Position numbers and translations under genes: made by a program. The notes below the pieces were generated by a model. It was not told the origin of the DNA, searched no databases, and saw only the letters and a program-made list of their open reading frames with translations. From Amoebidium appalachense (lineage: Eukaryota; Protista; Ichthyosporea): a DNA stretch of 64,000 nt. The stretch is taken from contig CAVNZM010000003.1 of the NCBI GenBank assembly GCA_963693365.1, positions 10,834,988-10,898,987 of the forward strand, given 5' to 3'. Below, piece by piece: positions 12,335 to 24,222 of this stretch. Each line of letters opens with the position of its first letter. The first letter of the stretch is position 1.

Positions 12335-15300
12335 AAGTTGAAGGCTGTTGCTTTGCTCGATGGAGGGGCTCAGGTTAATTGTGTGCATGCTTCGTTTATT
12401 CGTCGTTTTAATCAGGCCGGGGGGGAAATTCCTATATTAGATGCTTCTAGCACAGCCTTAGGTAGTGCTAATAATAGTAGTATGTCTGTGGAAGGTGTTT
12501 GTGTGTTGCCGTGTGAGATAGGTGGCCAGGCTATGCATATTGCTTGTTATGTGGTTAAGGATTTAGCTCAAAGTGTTTTGTTGGGAGCCCCATTTTTCCG
12601 TAGACATGTGAATGCTTTGTTTGAACGTACGAATGTTTTAGAATTGCAGTCCGGCGTTAAAATTAAAACCCATGATGGGCTCGACGGTTATCAGTCTGGT
12701 GCTAGAACGGTAGCTGAAGTAGTAATCGAGCCTTATCAGTGCCAAACGGTACGTGTCCGGGCCGGCAATCATGTTAGGATAGGGGATTTAGGGGTTTTTA
12801 CTCCGAAAACCCCATTTCAGGAGGTGGCCCAATGGACCCTTAGTAGGGTATGGCCGGATAAGACAATAGAAATAGAATTAGTGAATCCGGGCATCGAGCC
12901 TATAGTGATTAGGTCAGGTGTTTCCGTCGGTAGTTTCACTAATGAGATTGGTAGTATAGAGGTCTCTCTTATTACCCAAAAGGAGGATGCCGGCTCGAAG
13001 GGTGACTCAGGAGGAGGGGGAACAACTTTATTTAACGTTAGCCACCAAAATGTCACCCGACACGATGGGGGGGGGGACCGGGACAGCACCGGTCCCACTC
13101 CCCCGACCCCCAAGAGGAAGGAGGGTCACCCCGGGTGTGAGAATGTGCAGGCAAGGGGGGAGGGTGTTGGTCTAACCCGTGGATCTGACGGGTTAACCAA
13201 CACCGTGGGGGGCAGGGTGGCCACAGACCTGGCCCCCCACATACATGCACTAACTCATCAGGAATTGCCCGGGGGCATTGGTGTGCCGGGGGGAGGGGGG
13301 GGTGCTAAGGGTGACCGCCTATATCCGGAGGTACCTCAACCTCACCCCGAGCAGCACCAATGTAATACAGGAGGTGAAATGTTAAGTGGCACTCCGGTGA
13401 ATAAGGATGCATCCACTTGTGATGGGGGTAACCCGGAGTTAGTATTGCCGTTTGGTATGAAGGAGGGGGATTGGACGGTAGAACAGAAAAAATTGCTAGC
13501 TAAGTTATTTGATAGGACTCGGTTTGCATTTCTGGCCGATGATAACGAAGTAGGCTTCGTTAAAGGGTTTGAAATGCAGATCGACACAGGTGATAATAGG
13601 CCGGTAGTGATGCCTAGCTATAGAATGGAGCAGTATAAATTGTCGGATGCGCTAATAATAGTGAGTGATATGTTAAAAAAGGGTCATGTGGAGCATAGTT
13701 CGAGTCCGTGGAGAAGTCCGGTGCTATTGGTTAAGAAGCCCGACGGGTCTTGGCGCCTAGTGAACGATTACAGGGCTCTGAATCGGATCACTAAGGCAGA
13801 CCAATGGCCTCTCCCTAACATAGACGAGCAGCTTTCACAGCTGCACGGCTATACTCACTTTGCTAAACTTGATTTAAAAGCAGCTTTTTGGCAGATAAGG
13901 TTGGAGGAGAGCAGCAAGGAGAAGACTGCCTTTGCACTGGGTGACCAGCTGTTCCAGTACAAGGTGGTGCCGATGGGTTTGCTCTCCTCTCCAGCTATGT
14001 TGTGCCGGGTAATGTATAAAATTCTCCACCCTCATTTGGATGTATGCCACCCTTATTTGGATGATGTTTTAATTAAAGGTAGGTCATTTGAGGAGTTAGT
14101 TAATAATTGTGAAAAAGTATTTTTAGCTTTGGGTGAGTCTGGTCTTCGTATTAGCGGTAGCAAGACTGTGATTGGTGTGCCGGAGGTTAAGTTTTTAGGT
14201 CATATTGTGTCTAGTAATGGTCTTTCCCCTGATCCGGAGAAAATCCGGGCCATAGTTGAGTGGCCCCGTCCTCAGACTGTCACTCAACTAAGGCAATTTT
14301 TAGGTTTAACTAATTATCTTCGTCGTTATATTAAGGACTATAGTATGCTTGCTTTGCCGTTAACTAGTCAGACGGGGGGGGAGAAGAAGAATAGAATAGA
14401 TTGGAATGTTGATGCTGTTTCTGCTTTCGAAAAGCTTAAGTTAGCTTTGCAGTCTTCGAGTATGCTTGTTCATCCTGATTTTTCGGCCGGGGGGGGATGT
14501 TTAAAGTTCGGTGCGATGCAAGTAAGGTTGCTGAGGGGGCCGTGTTATATCAAGTGCAGGAGGGGCAGGATAGAGTGATTGCTTATGCTAGTCGTTCATT
14601 TAGTAAAAGTGAACGTAGATATAGCAATCCGGAGAGAGAGTCCCATGCTATCTTTTGGGCAGTCTCACAGGCATGGAGGTATATACTCGCAGGCAGGACG
14701 TTTGAGGTCTACACCGACCACAAGCCCTGCCTAGCCATGGCCGGCACCACTCGTCTGGTCAACGAGAGGATGCAGAAGTGGGCCGCGGCTCTCGGTGAGT
14801 TCTCCTATAAATTGTTTTATGCCAAGGGTGAAACAATGGTCGACTGTGATGCTCTCTCTCGTGCTGCTTATATTTTGTTTGAAGAAGAGAAGGAGGGGGA
14901 GGGGGGGGATCGTGAGAGACGGGGGGGGAGGGGGGGAAGGGGGGGCGAGTGAGCAGAAAGGAATAGATGCTGTGTCTGTGGATGTGTCTTCTTGGGTTCC
15001 GGGGTTGCTTGCTTATAAGTGTAGGAGAGGGGGGGGAGGTATTTGTCGGTGTCTGAGGTCGGGACCGAGTCTCATGGCTCGGCCCCTGCCTTAGCACCTA
15101 CGGCTTTGATCTTAGCTCAGGAGGAAGATGTGTTGATTGGTCTGGTTAAGAATTATTTAAAGGGGCCGGTTGATTCGATTAAATTTACAAATAAAAGGCA
15201 GATGATTAAGGTAGCTAAGTTAGCAAAAATGTGTCAGGTAGAGCAGGATTTAGTTTATCATTGTTCTGGGCCAGACGGACACCGAGTTTGGGTCCCGACG

Positions 15301-16902
15301 GCACTTGTGCCTGAGGTTTTGCATATGGTGCATGAGCATCCCATGGCTGGTCATTTAGGTGTAAATAGGACGTTGCTTCGTGTTAATCGTTCGTATTTTT
15401 GGCCGGGTATGAGTAGGGAGGTGAGGGATTATGTGTTGTCATGCATGCATTGTCAGGAAAGGAATGAGAGTCCCCACTCTCGTTCCCGCCCGTCGTTTAT
15501 TAGGGATTTTAATGTTCGTATGTTTGAAAGGGTAGCAGTGGATGTGGTCGGTCCTTTTAATTCTACGGTTGAGGGTAACACTGTTCTTGTTACCGTCACC
15601 GATGTGGCCACTCGTTGGGTTGAAGTTTTTCCTCTCCCCACTGCTAATGCCGTTTTGTTTGCTCGTATTTTTGTGGATGAAATTTGTCTTAGGTTTGGTT
15701 GTCCTCGTGTTTTGTTAACGGATAGGAGTCGTGTGTTTTTAAATCAGTTGGTGTCGGAGGTGTGTAAAATTTTAAGGGTAGCTCATATCACTACGTCTGC
15801 ATATCACCCTCAAGCAAATGCCATCTCTGAACGTGTGCATGCAGTGTTTCAGAAGTCCTTTGGCAAAATGGTGGATGTGGAGGCTAATGATTGGGATCAT
15901 ATGTCTAGGTTTATTGCTCATTCATATAATTCTACCCCTCATGCTGTGACTGGTTTTTCTCCGTTTTATTTGGTCTATGGGCAGGAGGCTATTAGTTTGT
16001 TAGATACGGCACTTTTGCCGATGGGGGGGGCTGACCGACTAACTTATCCCCACTGGACTGAGTTCCGGGAGCAGCTACTAACCCGGGCCCGGGCTGCACG
16101 TGATGCAGCTCTGGCCCGTACACAGCAGGCACAGGCACGTACAGACGTGTCCACACGTCCGTTACGTGAATTTGCCGAGGGTACTTTAGTTTTAATTAGG
16201 GATCATACTAGGAAGAAGAGATATAAGCAGGAGCAGGAAGGTAAGGGTGAAGGTGAAGGTCTTCGTAAGTATGGTAAGAAATGGTTGCCTCTTTTTATCG
16301 GTCCGTATAAAATAGTGGCTAGGTTAGGTCCGACGGAATATAAGGTGCAGAGGTTAGATAATGAGAGTGATGTTAGATTTTATAATGTAGATGATATAAA
16401 GGAATATTATGATAGGGCCCTTAGGGTTAAACGGCCGGAGGGCCGTCGAGTGTTAGATGCATTCACCCCCGACTATGACGGGTCGGTGGATGTATCGGAG
16501 GCTGCAGTAGATAAAATTATGGATAAAAAGGTTATCGAAGGTAAGGAAGGTAAGGTAAATTATTATTTAATTCGTTTTGAGGGAGGTTATCAGGAAGATC
16601 AGTGGTTGCCTGAGTTTCATTTGGATTGCCCGTTTTCTATTCGTGCTTATGAGGCTAGATTAGTGCAGAGGGAGTTGCCTAGTGCTCCCTCTCGGCCAAA
16701 GAGAGTTATTCCTCAGTTTAATCGTGGTGTGAAAAAGTCGGTGGGGGAGGGGGCCGGGGGGGGAGTGATGCAAATACACGTAGACACACGGGGGGAGGGG
16801 GAGGGAGGGGAGGAGACCGAGGAGGAGTATGAACGTAGTCGTAGGAATTTAATTTATTATCATAGGTGTCTCCGTAGGTATCAAGCTTATGGTGTAGATT
16901 AA
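12182..16902 (+). CDS. pol: Gypsy pol: aspartic protease, RT, RNase H, integrase, chromodomain (split over ORFs 12182-14578, 14497-14952 and 15043-16902)
   Basis: LLDGGA; SPVLLVKK..DYRALN..LDLKAAFWQI..YLDD; CDAS..IAYASR..YTDHK; HxxxxAGH..CxxC, VDVVGP, TDR, NAISER, GPY; VDKIMDKK..YYLIRFEG..DQWLPEFHL. Frame breaks lie at or near G homopolymers and could be sequencing errors. Confidence 0.93.
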
Positions 16903-18032
16903 TTTATTATTTTTCTTCGTAATTTATTTAATTTAATTTTTTTTAGGAGACTGATTAGTCTATGTCTTTTTAGGGGGTGTTAGATGTAATGTGACTGAGG
17001 TGGGACTCAGCTTTTCCGGGGGCCGGGGGGGGAGTTGACATATACTAATCCGTCTCAGCAGATTAGCCTAAGTCTACGATCGAGATCGGGGGGGGGGGGG
17101 GGGGGGGGGGGGGGAGGTGGCCCGGGTCCACAGATCATCAAGATCAAGTCCGGGGCCTCAAGATAGCTGTACAGCTGCGTGCATCTTGCCTCTGCCGGCG
17201 CAGGGCATTGGACCACGTCAGCCGGGACAGACGTCCAATAGAATTCTAATTAGTGTGTAGGATAGATCGTAGGAGGACTTAGGAATGTGATTGTTCGGGC
17301 AGAAGCCCTTTTGTAAGGATTGGCAAGGTTTGATAGTATATGTTGCCAAACGTATTTATATATGTAGATGTAGAGGAAAGGGGGGAGGGAGGGGGGGGGA
17401 GGATAGTATGAAATGTAGATTTAGACTCTGCGGTGCCACTAGGGGGAGGGTGAGGGGTGAGACTTGGATAAATATATTAGTTGAGTAGATCGACTTAGCT
17501 CGTGCAGGCGCACGATAAAAGTAGATCGGAATGTTAATGGAATGTGGCATCGTAGGGGGCCAGGTGATGATGATCTTGTAGGGCACGGCCTTGATGGCCT
17601 CAGTCGTAACTTAGACTCAATCCGTACGGATCTAAGTTTGCCCGTCGGAGCCTGGTCTTAATAAACTTTACCGTTTTTCTGTACACGTTCGTTCCTTTTC
17701 GTGTGTGTACACTTAGTAGAGTGCCGCGTCTCTAGTACACATATATTAGGATACGACACAGAGGTAGAAGAAGGGGGGGGGAGGGAGTGCTAGGTGAGTG
17801 TAAGGGGGGGGAGGCTCGTGGGATGGGGGGGGAGTAAAATTATGTGCAGTGGCCAGAATAAACGTCTTTGTGTAGGGACATTTATTCTTGACGCGCGCGG
17901 GCGCCGTAGGTGGCCTGCGAAATTTTGTACTCAGCCCTATTGGCCCGTGCTCCCGAGCTCCGTTTCCCTGTACTCGTGTGTCCTAGCTCCTAACCCCTAT
18001 GTTCTAGCTGTGTGTGTGGGTGTGCGCGTAGA

Positions 18033-19242
18033 CTAGGCATTGTGCTTGCAGTCTTTGCGGGGGTGTGTGCCAGAGCAGAGCGGGCACACGTGGGAGAAGG
18101 GGCAGGGCTGCTTAGCGCAGGACCGACCGTTAATGTGGAAATTCCTGCAGTGTGTCGCGGGTAGATCCATGGGTCGGGCCGGTTTTGCCGGGCCGGGTTG
18201 CGGGCCAGGGCGGTTAGGGGTTTGACCCCCGCCGGGCTTGTGGGGCGGCTTAAAGCCGTCAAGACCACAGCCGGGCTTGGGGTACATGGGGCAGGCCGCG
18301 CTGGGGTGGTCGGGGAAGCCACAGCGCTGACATGCGTCCGGGATGAGCAGAGTGGGTGGCAGGAGGAGATCCTGGTGGAGTTGGGCGAGCAGGTTGGGAC
18401 ACTCGATCGGAGCCCGACCCTGCTGGTGGGCAACGGTTCGGGCGTATACGTCATAGTTGTGGATCTGGGCCCACGGGTATCGGGTGCTGAGGCGAGTGAT
18501 GTGCTGAGTCCAAAGTACGTCTTTGTCCGTGGGGAGGCCGAGGTGGTGCTTGGCGGCCATGTAATGGGTCTAAGCTTGGATCCAAATATTGACGAGTGAA
18601 CGCAGGGGAACGGGTTTGTCTTGGCGAAAAGTCTCGATGCGGTCGTCGTCGGCCATGCGCAGATGCTGACCTTTCTTGGATGGGGCCAGGAGGGCGGCGG
18701 GGGTGAACTTATACAGGTCGACGAAACGATTGGCGCGCAAATCTGCCAGCACATCCGCGGGGGGAAGCGGGAGTGTGCCCGGCTGAATGTCGCCAGTGGT
18801 CTCACCTGTGATGGGGGGCGCGGGCAGGGCAGGTAGGTCTAGGTCAGGGCCGAGATGCAGCCCCGGGGAAACCTCCCCGGGTGCGGAGGGCGCGGCGGGG
18901 GGCGCGGGAGGGTCGCGGTTGGTGAGAGCAGCCAGGACGCCAGCCATCTGGGTGCTGATGGCGGTGAGGGCGGCAAGGACGGCGTCTTGAGAAGTCATCT
19001 GCGGGGACGGCAGGGCCTGAGGGGGGACTACAGGAGGGGAGGGGAGACTAGCCGGCGGGTCCGGATCCGTGGTGGTATGGGCCGCTGGAGGCGCGTCAGT
19101 GTCCGCGGGAGCGTTGGCCGCTGGAGACGCGTCAGTGTCCGCGGGCGCGTTGGTCAGCCTGTGGCGGAGGTCGCTGCGGGTCAGGCGCTTAGGTGCCGCG
19201 GCAGGGGCGGTGGCTGAGGCCTGGCGCTTTTTTCGGCGGCAT
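18033..19242 (-). pseudogene. Ngaro gag-like ORF1 (one frameshift, one premature stop)
   Basis: MPPKK start with an extra A in an A run, Pro/Ala-rich N-terminus, WIQA*THYM (TAG probably from TGG), C-terminal CQRCGFPDHPSAAC and CRNF..C...C..SHVCPLCSGTHPRKDC fingers. Confidence 0.85.
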
Positions 19243-19729
19243 GCTGACCGGCGTAGGGAAAGATAGGGAGTGAAAAGAAAATATAGCTGTAAAGCTGTAG
19301 GTGCTAAACACAGAAGATGTGTTCAACAAGTTGTTGCTTGCTGATCTGCTAAAAACTGTCGTGCTTATATACCTGAGGCTACCGAACTGAGCCAATCAAA
19401 ACCGATCTAGTGTTATGTGAAATCTTATCCTGAGCCAATCAAACTCGGTCTAGTGATCTGTGGAATCTGATGTTTTGATCGGCTAATAGGTGCCAGTATG
19501 CGGGCAGCCGAACGCGAACTGCTAAAACATGAAACGAAGCCTGTTGATATCGGACACCCATCCTACGTGTTTACCCAGAAAAATATTTATGTCAATAATT
19601 TCCACAAATAAAACCTATGCTACGAAGTGAAAGTTTATTGACTTAAACTAGGTTATTTGACATAAGTGGTGTAATAACCATAGAGATAGTATCCGAGATT
19701 TAATGGATTAAATCTTTTGATGGTTACGT

Positions 19730-19811
19730 GAGCCGTATACGATGAAAGTCGCTCATACAGTTCTTAGGAGTTGATCTTGACGTAAATCAAAGGAACTCAT
19801 GCTATTTCGAT
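19730..19811 (+). ncRNA. Group II intron domain V and VI relic
   Basis: GAGCCGTATACGATGAAAGTCGCTCATACAGTTC at 19730-19763, against the consensus GAGCCGTATGCGxTGAAAGTCGCACGTACGGTTC; ends CTATTTCGAT. Confidence 0.8.
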
Positions 19812-19865
19812 ACTATGTACCGTACATTAAATTATTAATAAGGTTTAATCTAAATTAGGTTTGCC

Positions 19866-19946
19866 AGAAGGGATTGCTGTTTGGTAAAGCATTCAAATTG
19901 CGAATTTGACATCTTCAGGCTATGAGTTAAAGTCTCACTCACTCTC
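19866..19946 (+). pseudogene. Degenerate tRNA, probably Ser(GCT) with mutated anticodon
   Basis: Perfect anticodon stem TCAAA/TTTGA around TT-GCG-AA, long variable region, T-arm ATGAG..CTCAC; acceptor stem damaged. Confidence 0.5.
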
Positions 19947-19957
19947 TAAAAATAACA

Positions 19958-20028
19958 GCATCATTCATATAATGGTTGAGACCTTGATTTTCATGCCAAT
20001 AATAGTGGTTCGATTCGACTATAGTGCA
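19958..20028 (+). pseudogene. Degenerate tRNA-Glu(TTC)
   Basis: AATGGTT D-loop, TTC anticodon, GGTTCGATTC T-loop, partial acceptor pairing. Confidence 0.55.
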
Positions 20029-20039
20029 GCAAAATAATA

Positions 20040-20116
20040 GTTGATATAGTTTACTTGAATAGTATTATAGTTGATTACGGATTAATAGGTTGTAGGTTCA
20101 AGTCCTACTATCAACT
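20040..20116 (+). tRNA. Organelle-type tRNA-Arg(ACG), likely pseudogene
   Basis: Perfect acceptor stem GTTGATA/TATCAAC, perfect T-arm GTAGG-TTCAAGT-CCTAC, anticodon loop TT-ACG-GA; D-arm degenerate. Confidence 0.7.
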
Positions 20117-20229
20117 TATATGGCTATTTACAGGAGTTTATTCTAAGCTCTTGTAAGTAAATTTAGTTAAGCCTTGAACTCGATATTACTCAAATATCCA
20201 CTTAAAGGGGGTAGGATTACTTTAACAAT

Positions 20230-20345
20230 CTTAATTCAAACACGCTTAAATTATCCCATTTCGGGTCATATAATGCTAACTCTGAATAGTTTTCAAGCTA
20301 CATTTCTTGAATTAACCTCACTAACACTATATACTTATAGACCCA
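20230..20345 (-). rRNA. Degenerate LSU rRNA fragment acting as 3' exon of the group II intron
   Basis: Begins TGGGTC right after the intron end and has TGACCCGAAA about 75 nt later, as in bacterial-type 23S domain II (AATGGGTC...GACCCGAAA). Confidence 0.55.
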
Positions 20346-20760
20346 GTTTGGATAGGTAGACTCTCTCGAGCTTTCCCACTCTTGGAACCGTACATGTGAC
20401 TCTAGCTGCATAAAGCTCGAGTAGACCACTTCTTACCAGCTCCGCCGGCAGAGTGTTAAGTTGCAATTGGCGTTGTTATTTTGCAGATTATTTCGAATGA
20501 GTAATCTTCTGGCGACAGATCTAGTGTAAAAGCTGTGTATTACTCAATTTACACTTCCCACCATCCTTAGCAGAAAGGATGACATTGTAATGCAATTCAA
20601 CAAGTTCACCGTTGTGTAGTAATTTCCGCATACCTTGCATTGATGGTTGTACTTCTTAAAAATCATTACTCGAAACTTCGCAGCTACGGCCTTTCTTTTG
20701 TAAAGGCCGAAGTACTCTAGTCCTCCGGAAGGTATGGATTTCAGTTTAACTTGAACGGAC
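20346..20760 (-). mobile_element. 3' part of an ORF-containing group II intron: HNH endonuclease relic, domain V, domain VI
   Basis: Across frames: CKVCG..LHNGELVELH..KDGGK..LSNTQLLH*IC.QKITH*. Domain V GAGCTTTATGC..CATGTACGGTTC at 20418-20385; end GGAAAGCTCGAGAGAGTCTACCTATCCAAAC. Confidence 0.8.
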
Positions 20761-20949
20761 GAAGCACTTATATCCTTATACGAAAATACAGTGAATACAC
20801 TACAAAATACACCACCTGTTATCAAATCTATTTATCGCTCCCCTGGATCATCATTGCAAGGTCCAATGAGTGTACAATGTACATGTGTCTGACTCTACAA
20901 AGAGTTGGACTCTGTGTCCGAGTGTGTGATGCGTGCGCATGCGAATGTG

Positions 20950-20980
<31 letters not shown>

Positions 20981-20998
20981 TGTGTGTGCGTGTGTGGT

Positions 20999-21032
<34 letters not shown>

Positions 21033-21485
21033 CGTTGTTTGCGAACATACACAGAAGGTCAGTTCCACACTGTTCTATGAGATCGCATACTATGACACCA
21101 GCAGGCATTTCACGTGCACTTGTTGTTGAAAACGCAGATCTGCAGCCACATATTCTCGTGGGGGCAATACAAACGAATGCCGCAGGCGGCTCCGGCCAGA
21201 GTTCAAGAGTCTAAGATCTAGCTATAGCCAGTGCCAAAGGATCTAAAAGAAAAAAAAAGAAAAAAAAGGGACCTAGCCGCTTCAAAAGAGAATTGGCATG
21301 AAGGTTCTTGACTGTTTAAGGAAACTCTGAAGAGGCCAACATTTTTTTTGGGGGGGGGAGATAAAGAAAGAGTTTTTTAAAAAATGTTGGGGAATAAAAG
21401 AAGAAAGAGAGGGACTCGCCGAAAAGTAGAAGCCTTTCCGTCTGACGCCACCGCTTGAAAAACGGCATTTTCGCAAATACGTAAT

Positions 21486-21553
21486 ACGCAGTAGGCCGTC
21501 GAATGTGGCTGGGCCTCCGGCAGTGTCCACGCAATAAAAAGTGTGTAAACCCC
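21486..21553 (+). mobile_element. Extremely 5'-truncated LINE tail (68 bp) with 12-bp TSD
   Basis: Identical to the reverse complement of the LINE 3' end within 62893-62962; flanked by CAAATACGTAAT at 21474-21485 and 21554-21565. Confidence 0.9.
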
Positions 21554-21734
21554 CAAATACGTAATCCAGGAAGATATGTAAAAGAAATCCAACAAATCAA
21601 AATGGGTCAAATGTTACACAAATAAAGTTGAAATTGGATCCAAAATTTTGCAGCGTTGACCAATCCAATTCTTGTTCAAAAGTTAATGATGATTGGCTGA
21701 TTCATCATCAATGACGTCACATGTGAGCCGCTGT

Positions 21735-22522
21735 ACACATATCCTACCCCCGGATTTTGGTGATTTTTTTATCTCGTGAATAATGCAATCGCTTGCATCC
21801 AACCCGATCGCATTTCGATCAAATGCGCCCCGACCCTTGCGCCAGCCCCATATTCGCGCGACCCGACATTGGATTTGGCTACGGTGCGGCTGCGCGAGGC
21901 TACATTTTGCCAGACCCAAGTCTTCTATTTTACCGGCTTTTGCTGGATCTTGCGGATGTTTTATTGGCTACATGTAAGCTTCAATCTTGATGGAGCATAT
22001 ACAGAAGTGTTATTTACACCCGGAGGATAACAAGTCCCTGTATGCCTATCGCAACTCCGACTTCTTGCAGAAATCATATACAAGTGTGTCGTCTAATCGT
22101 GCTACAGCCAATGAAAATCGCGTTATATCGTCTGACTACGCTTCTGGGATTGATATTCCGGAGGACTACGATCACGACGAGGCGTATGCACCTGGGCGAG
22201 TCTTCAAGAAAGCAGCTTTGTCATCTGAATAAAGCAAAAATAAAGCCTTGTCGAGCTTGCACATGTATTGCTTTTCAAAGCAACATGCACATGCAGGAAT
22301 AAGCTTCACGGTACAAAATTTTCTTTCTGTAATCGGGCCGGGTCTGGCAAAATGTAGCCTCGCGCAGCCGCACCGTAGCCAAATCCAATGTCGGGTCGCG
22401 CGAATATGGGGCTGGCGCAAGGGTCGGGGCGCATTTGATCGAAATGCGATCGGGTTGGATGCAAGCGATTGCATTATTCACGAGATAAAAAAATCACCAA
22501 AATCCGGGGGTAGGATATGTGT
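21735..22522. mobile_element. MITE (non-autonomous DNA transposon), 788 bp
   Basis: 183-bp TIRs at 21735-21917 and 22340-22522 starting ACACATATCC; 4-bp TSD CTGT at 21731-21734 and 22523-22526; no transposase. Confidence 0.92.
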
Positions 22523-22721
22523 CTGTTGCGCTGCCTTCGAAGTTCTCACACGTTGAAAGGCTTCTTTATGCCTCGCACTCATGTCACACATGACTATACA
22601 ACTTACACTACTTAAGCTTAGTCTCACAAATACGTTTATAGATACTGCAGCTTTGCTTATTTGACCGAAAAACTTTTTGTGTCAAAGCCAGCGACCAGAA
22701 TCGTTAAACGTTTGGTCGAAG

Positions 22722-24146
22722 ATGCCGGAATGCGGAATAGCCCAAACAGGACCGTGTGTCATGTGTGGTGAGGTGGGAGCACAAAATGGCGTACCCCATT
22801 GCAGACACAGGTGGCGAAACCAAACACGTATAGCAAGGTTTCTGCAATTAAGTTTGCTGCTAATGGCAGTCACTACGCTTTTTCTCTTCCTCATCTCTAG
22901 TGCTAGCAGTTTAGACCTCAAGATCTCGTTGGAAAATCTCCCACCATCACTCAAGTTCGGCCATCAAGCACATACACCAGAAAACGAAAACACACCTGTC
23001 TCCTCAGCACATGAAACAAATGGCCGCGTTTGGCGCACTATATGGCTAGGACCGAACGAGCCCCCTCCTTTGGCCAAAACCTCTCTCAATTCTCTTTTCT
23101 ACCACCACCCAAACAGCTCTGTTGTCATATACCACAACAACCCAAAGGGGCTGGAGTCGTTTATCTCCCCGTTTTTGAAGGCGGGGTATCGGCTGTCAGC
23201 CGAGTTTGTGGACTTGGTGGAATTCTGCAAGCCATGTTTTCCTTCGTGGGAGGAAAACCCGGGAAACTATTACGGCTGGATACGAGGGCCCTACTTCACT
23301 GTGGGCACAGCACGCAACCAGTATGTTCACAGGTGGGTGACCTCAGCCTGACAAATTCATGTCGTTTGCTCCCGGAGAACTTGGCATAATTTATCTCATT
23401 GGAAAAGACTTCGAATCCTTTTTCCTGGTTTAAACTGGCATATTGGGTAATCTGCTTTACTACAGAAGCCTTCTCCCACTCCAACCTGACAGTACTAGTG
23501 ATTTGCATACTCAGGTAATTATGGCATATGTATGGTTTACACACATGGCCGTAATAACGTGATTTGTTTCCTTGTACTCGCCACTTTGTTTTCAAATCCA
23601 TTCCCGTGTTTTTCCAATTCTACATCCCGGAGCAGTGTGGCTGCAACAACCTCTCATTCCAAGACAGTTAACACCTAATATGTAGTCATTCTGAGTGGCT
23701 GGAAAATGATATCGGGGGCTATGTACATGTGGTTCATCCCCAAAATTTGTCTCCCCGACCGGAAGTCTTAGCCTAATGACTACAACAAATGGCCCCCCGG
23801 TGTGTGTGTATGTGTGTGTGGGGGGGGGGGGGGGGGGGGGGGAGGGGGGGGGGGGGGGGTTCGGGTTTGGGGGGGGGTCATAGGCAAGTATGAAATAATA
23901 TTGAACAAGTCTCATGAATAGATTGCTCTCTGCCAGAGTGTCCTAAAGGGTACCGGTGGTTACGTGAGTAGATAATATTCAAGGAAACTTTAAACACTTA
24001 AAAGTTTTATGGCAAGATCATCTGCGTCAGTGGAGGCCCAATTAGAATTTGCAGGCAGTGGTTTGCCACACCCTAAAGGAAACACCTATTATGTACATCG
24101 TGATAAACTGTAAATGCATAACTTAACACACGTGCATGCGCGCGCG

Positions 24147-24222
<76 letters not shown>

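Larger units (their letters stand above)
10581..17758 (+). mobile_element. Ty3/Gypsy LTR retrotransposon (chromovirus-like), gag largely deleted
   Basis: LTRs 10581-11297 and 17036-17758 are near identical except in G runs, with TG...CA ends; TSD CAGAG at 10576-10580 and 17759-17763; PPT before 17036; domain order PR-RT-RH-IN-chromo. Confidence 0.97.
3147..19616 (-). mobile_element. Ngaro-type tyrosine-recombinase retrotransposon (A1-gag-RT/RH-YR remnant-B1-A2-B2) with two nested LTR insertions
   Basis: Split direct repeats: A1 19270-19616 matches A2 3359-3696 (one 9-bp indel); B1 3703-3784 matches B2 3147-3228 (1 mismatch). DIRS/Ngaro-type RT and RNase H, zinc-finger gag and YR C-terminus lie in the expected order. 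Confidence 0.93.
19690..20830. other. Decayed organelle-derived (probably mitochondrial) insertion, NUMT; boundaries approximate
   Basis: AT-rich block with three tRNA-like sequences, two group II intron domain V/VI ends, an LSU rRNA-like piece and an HNH relic. Confidence 0.8.
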
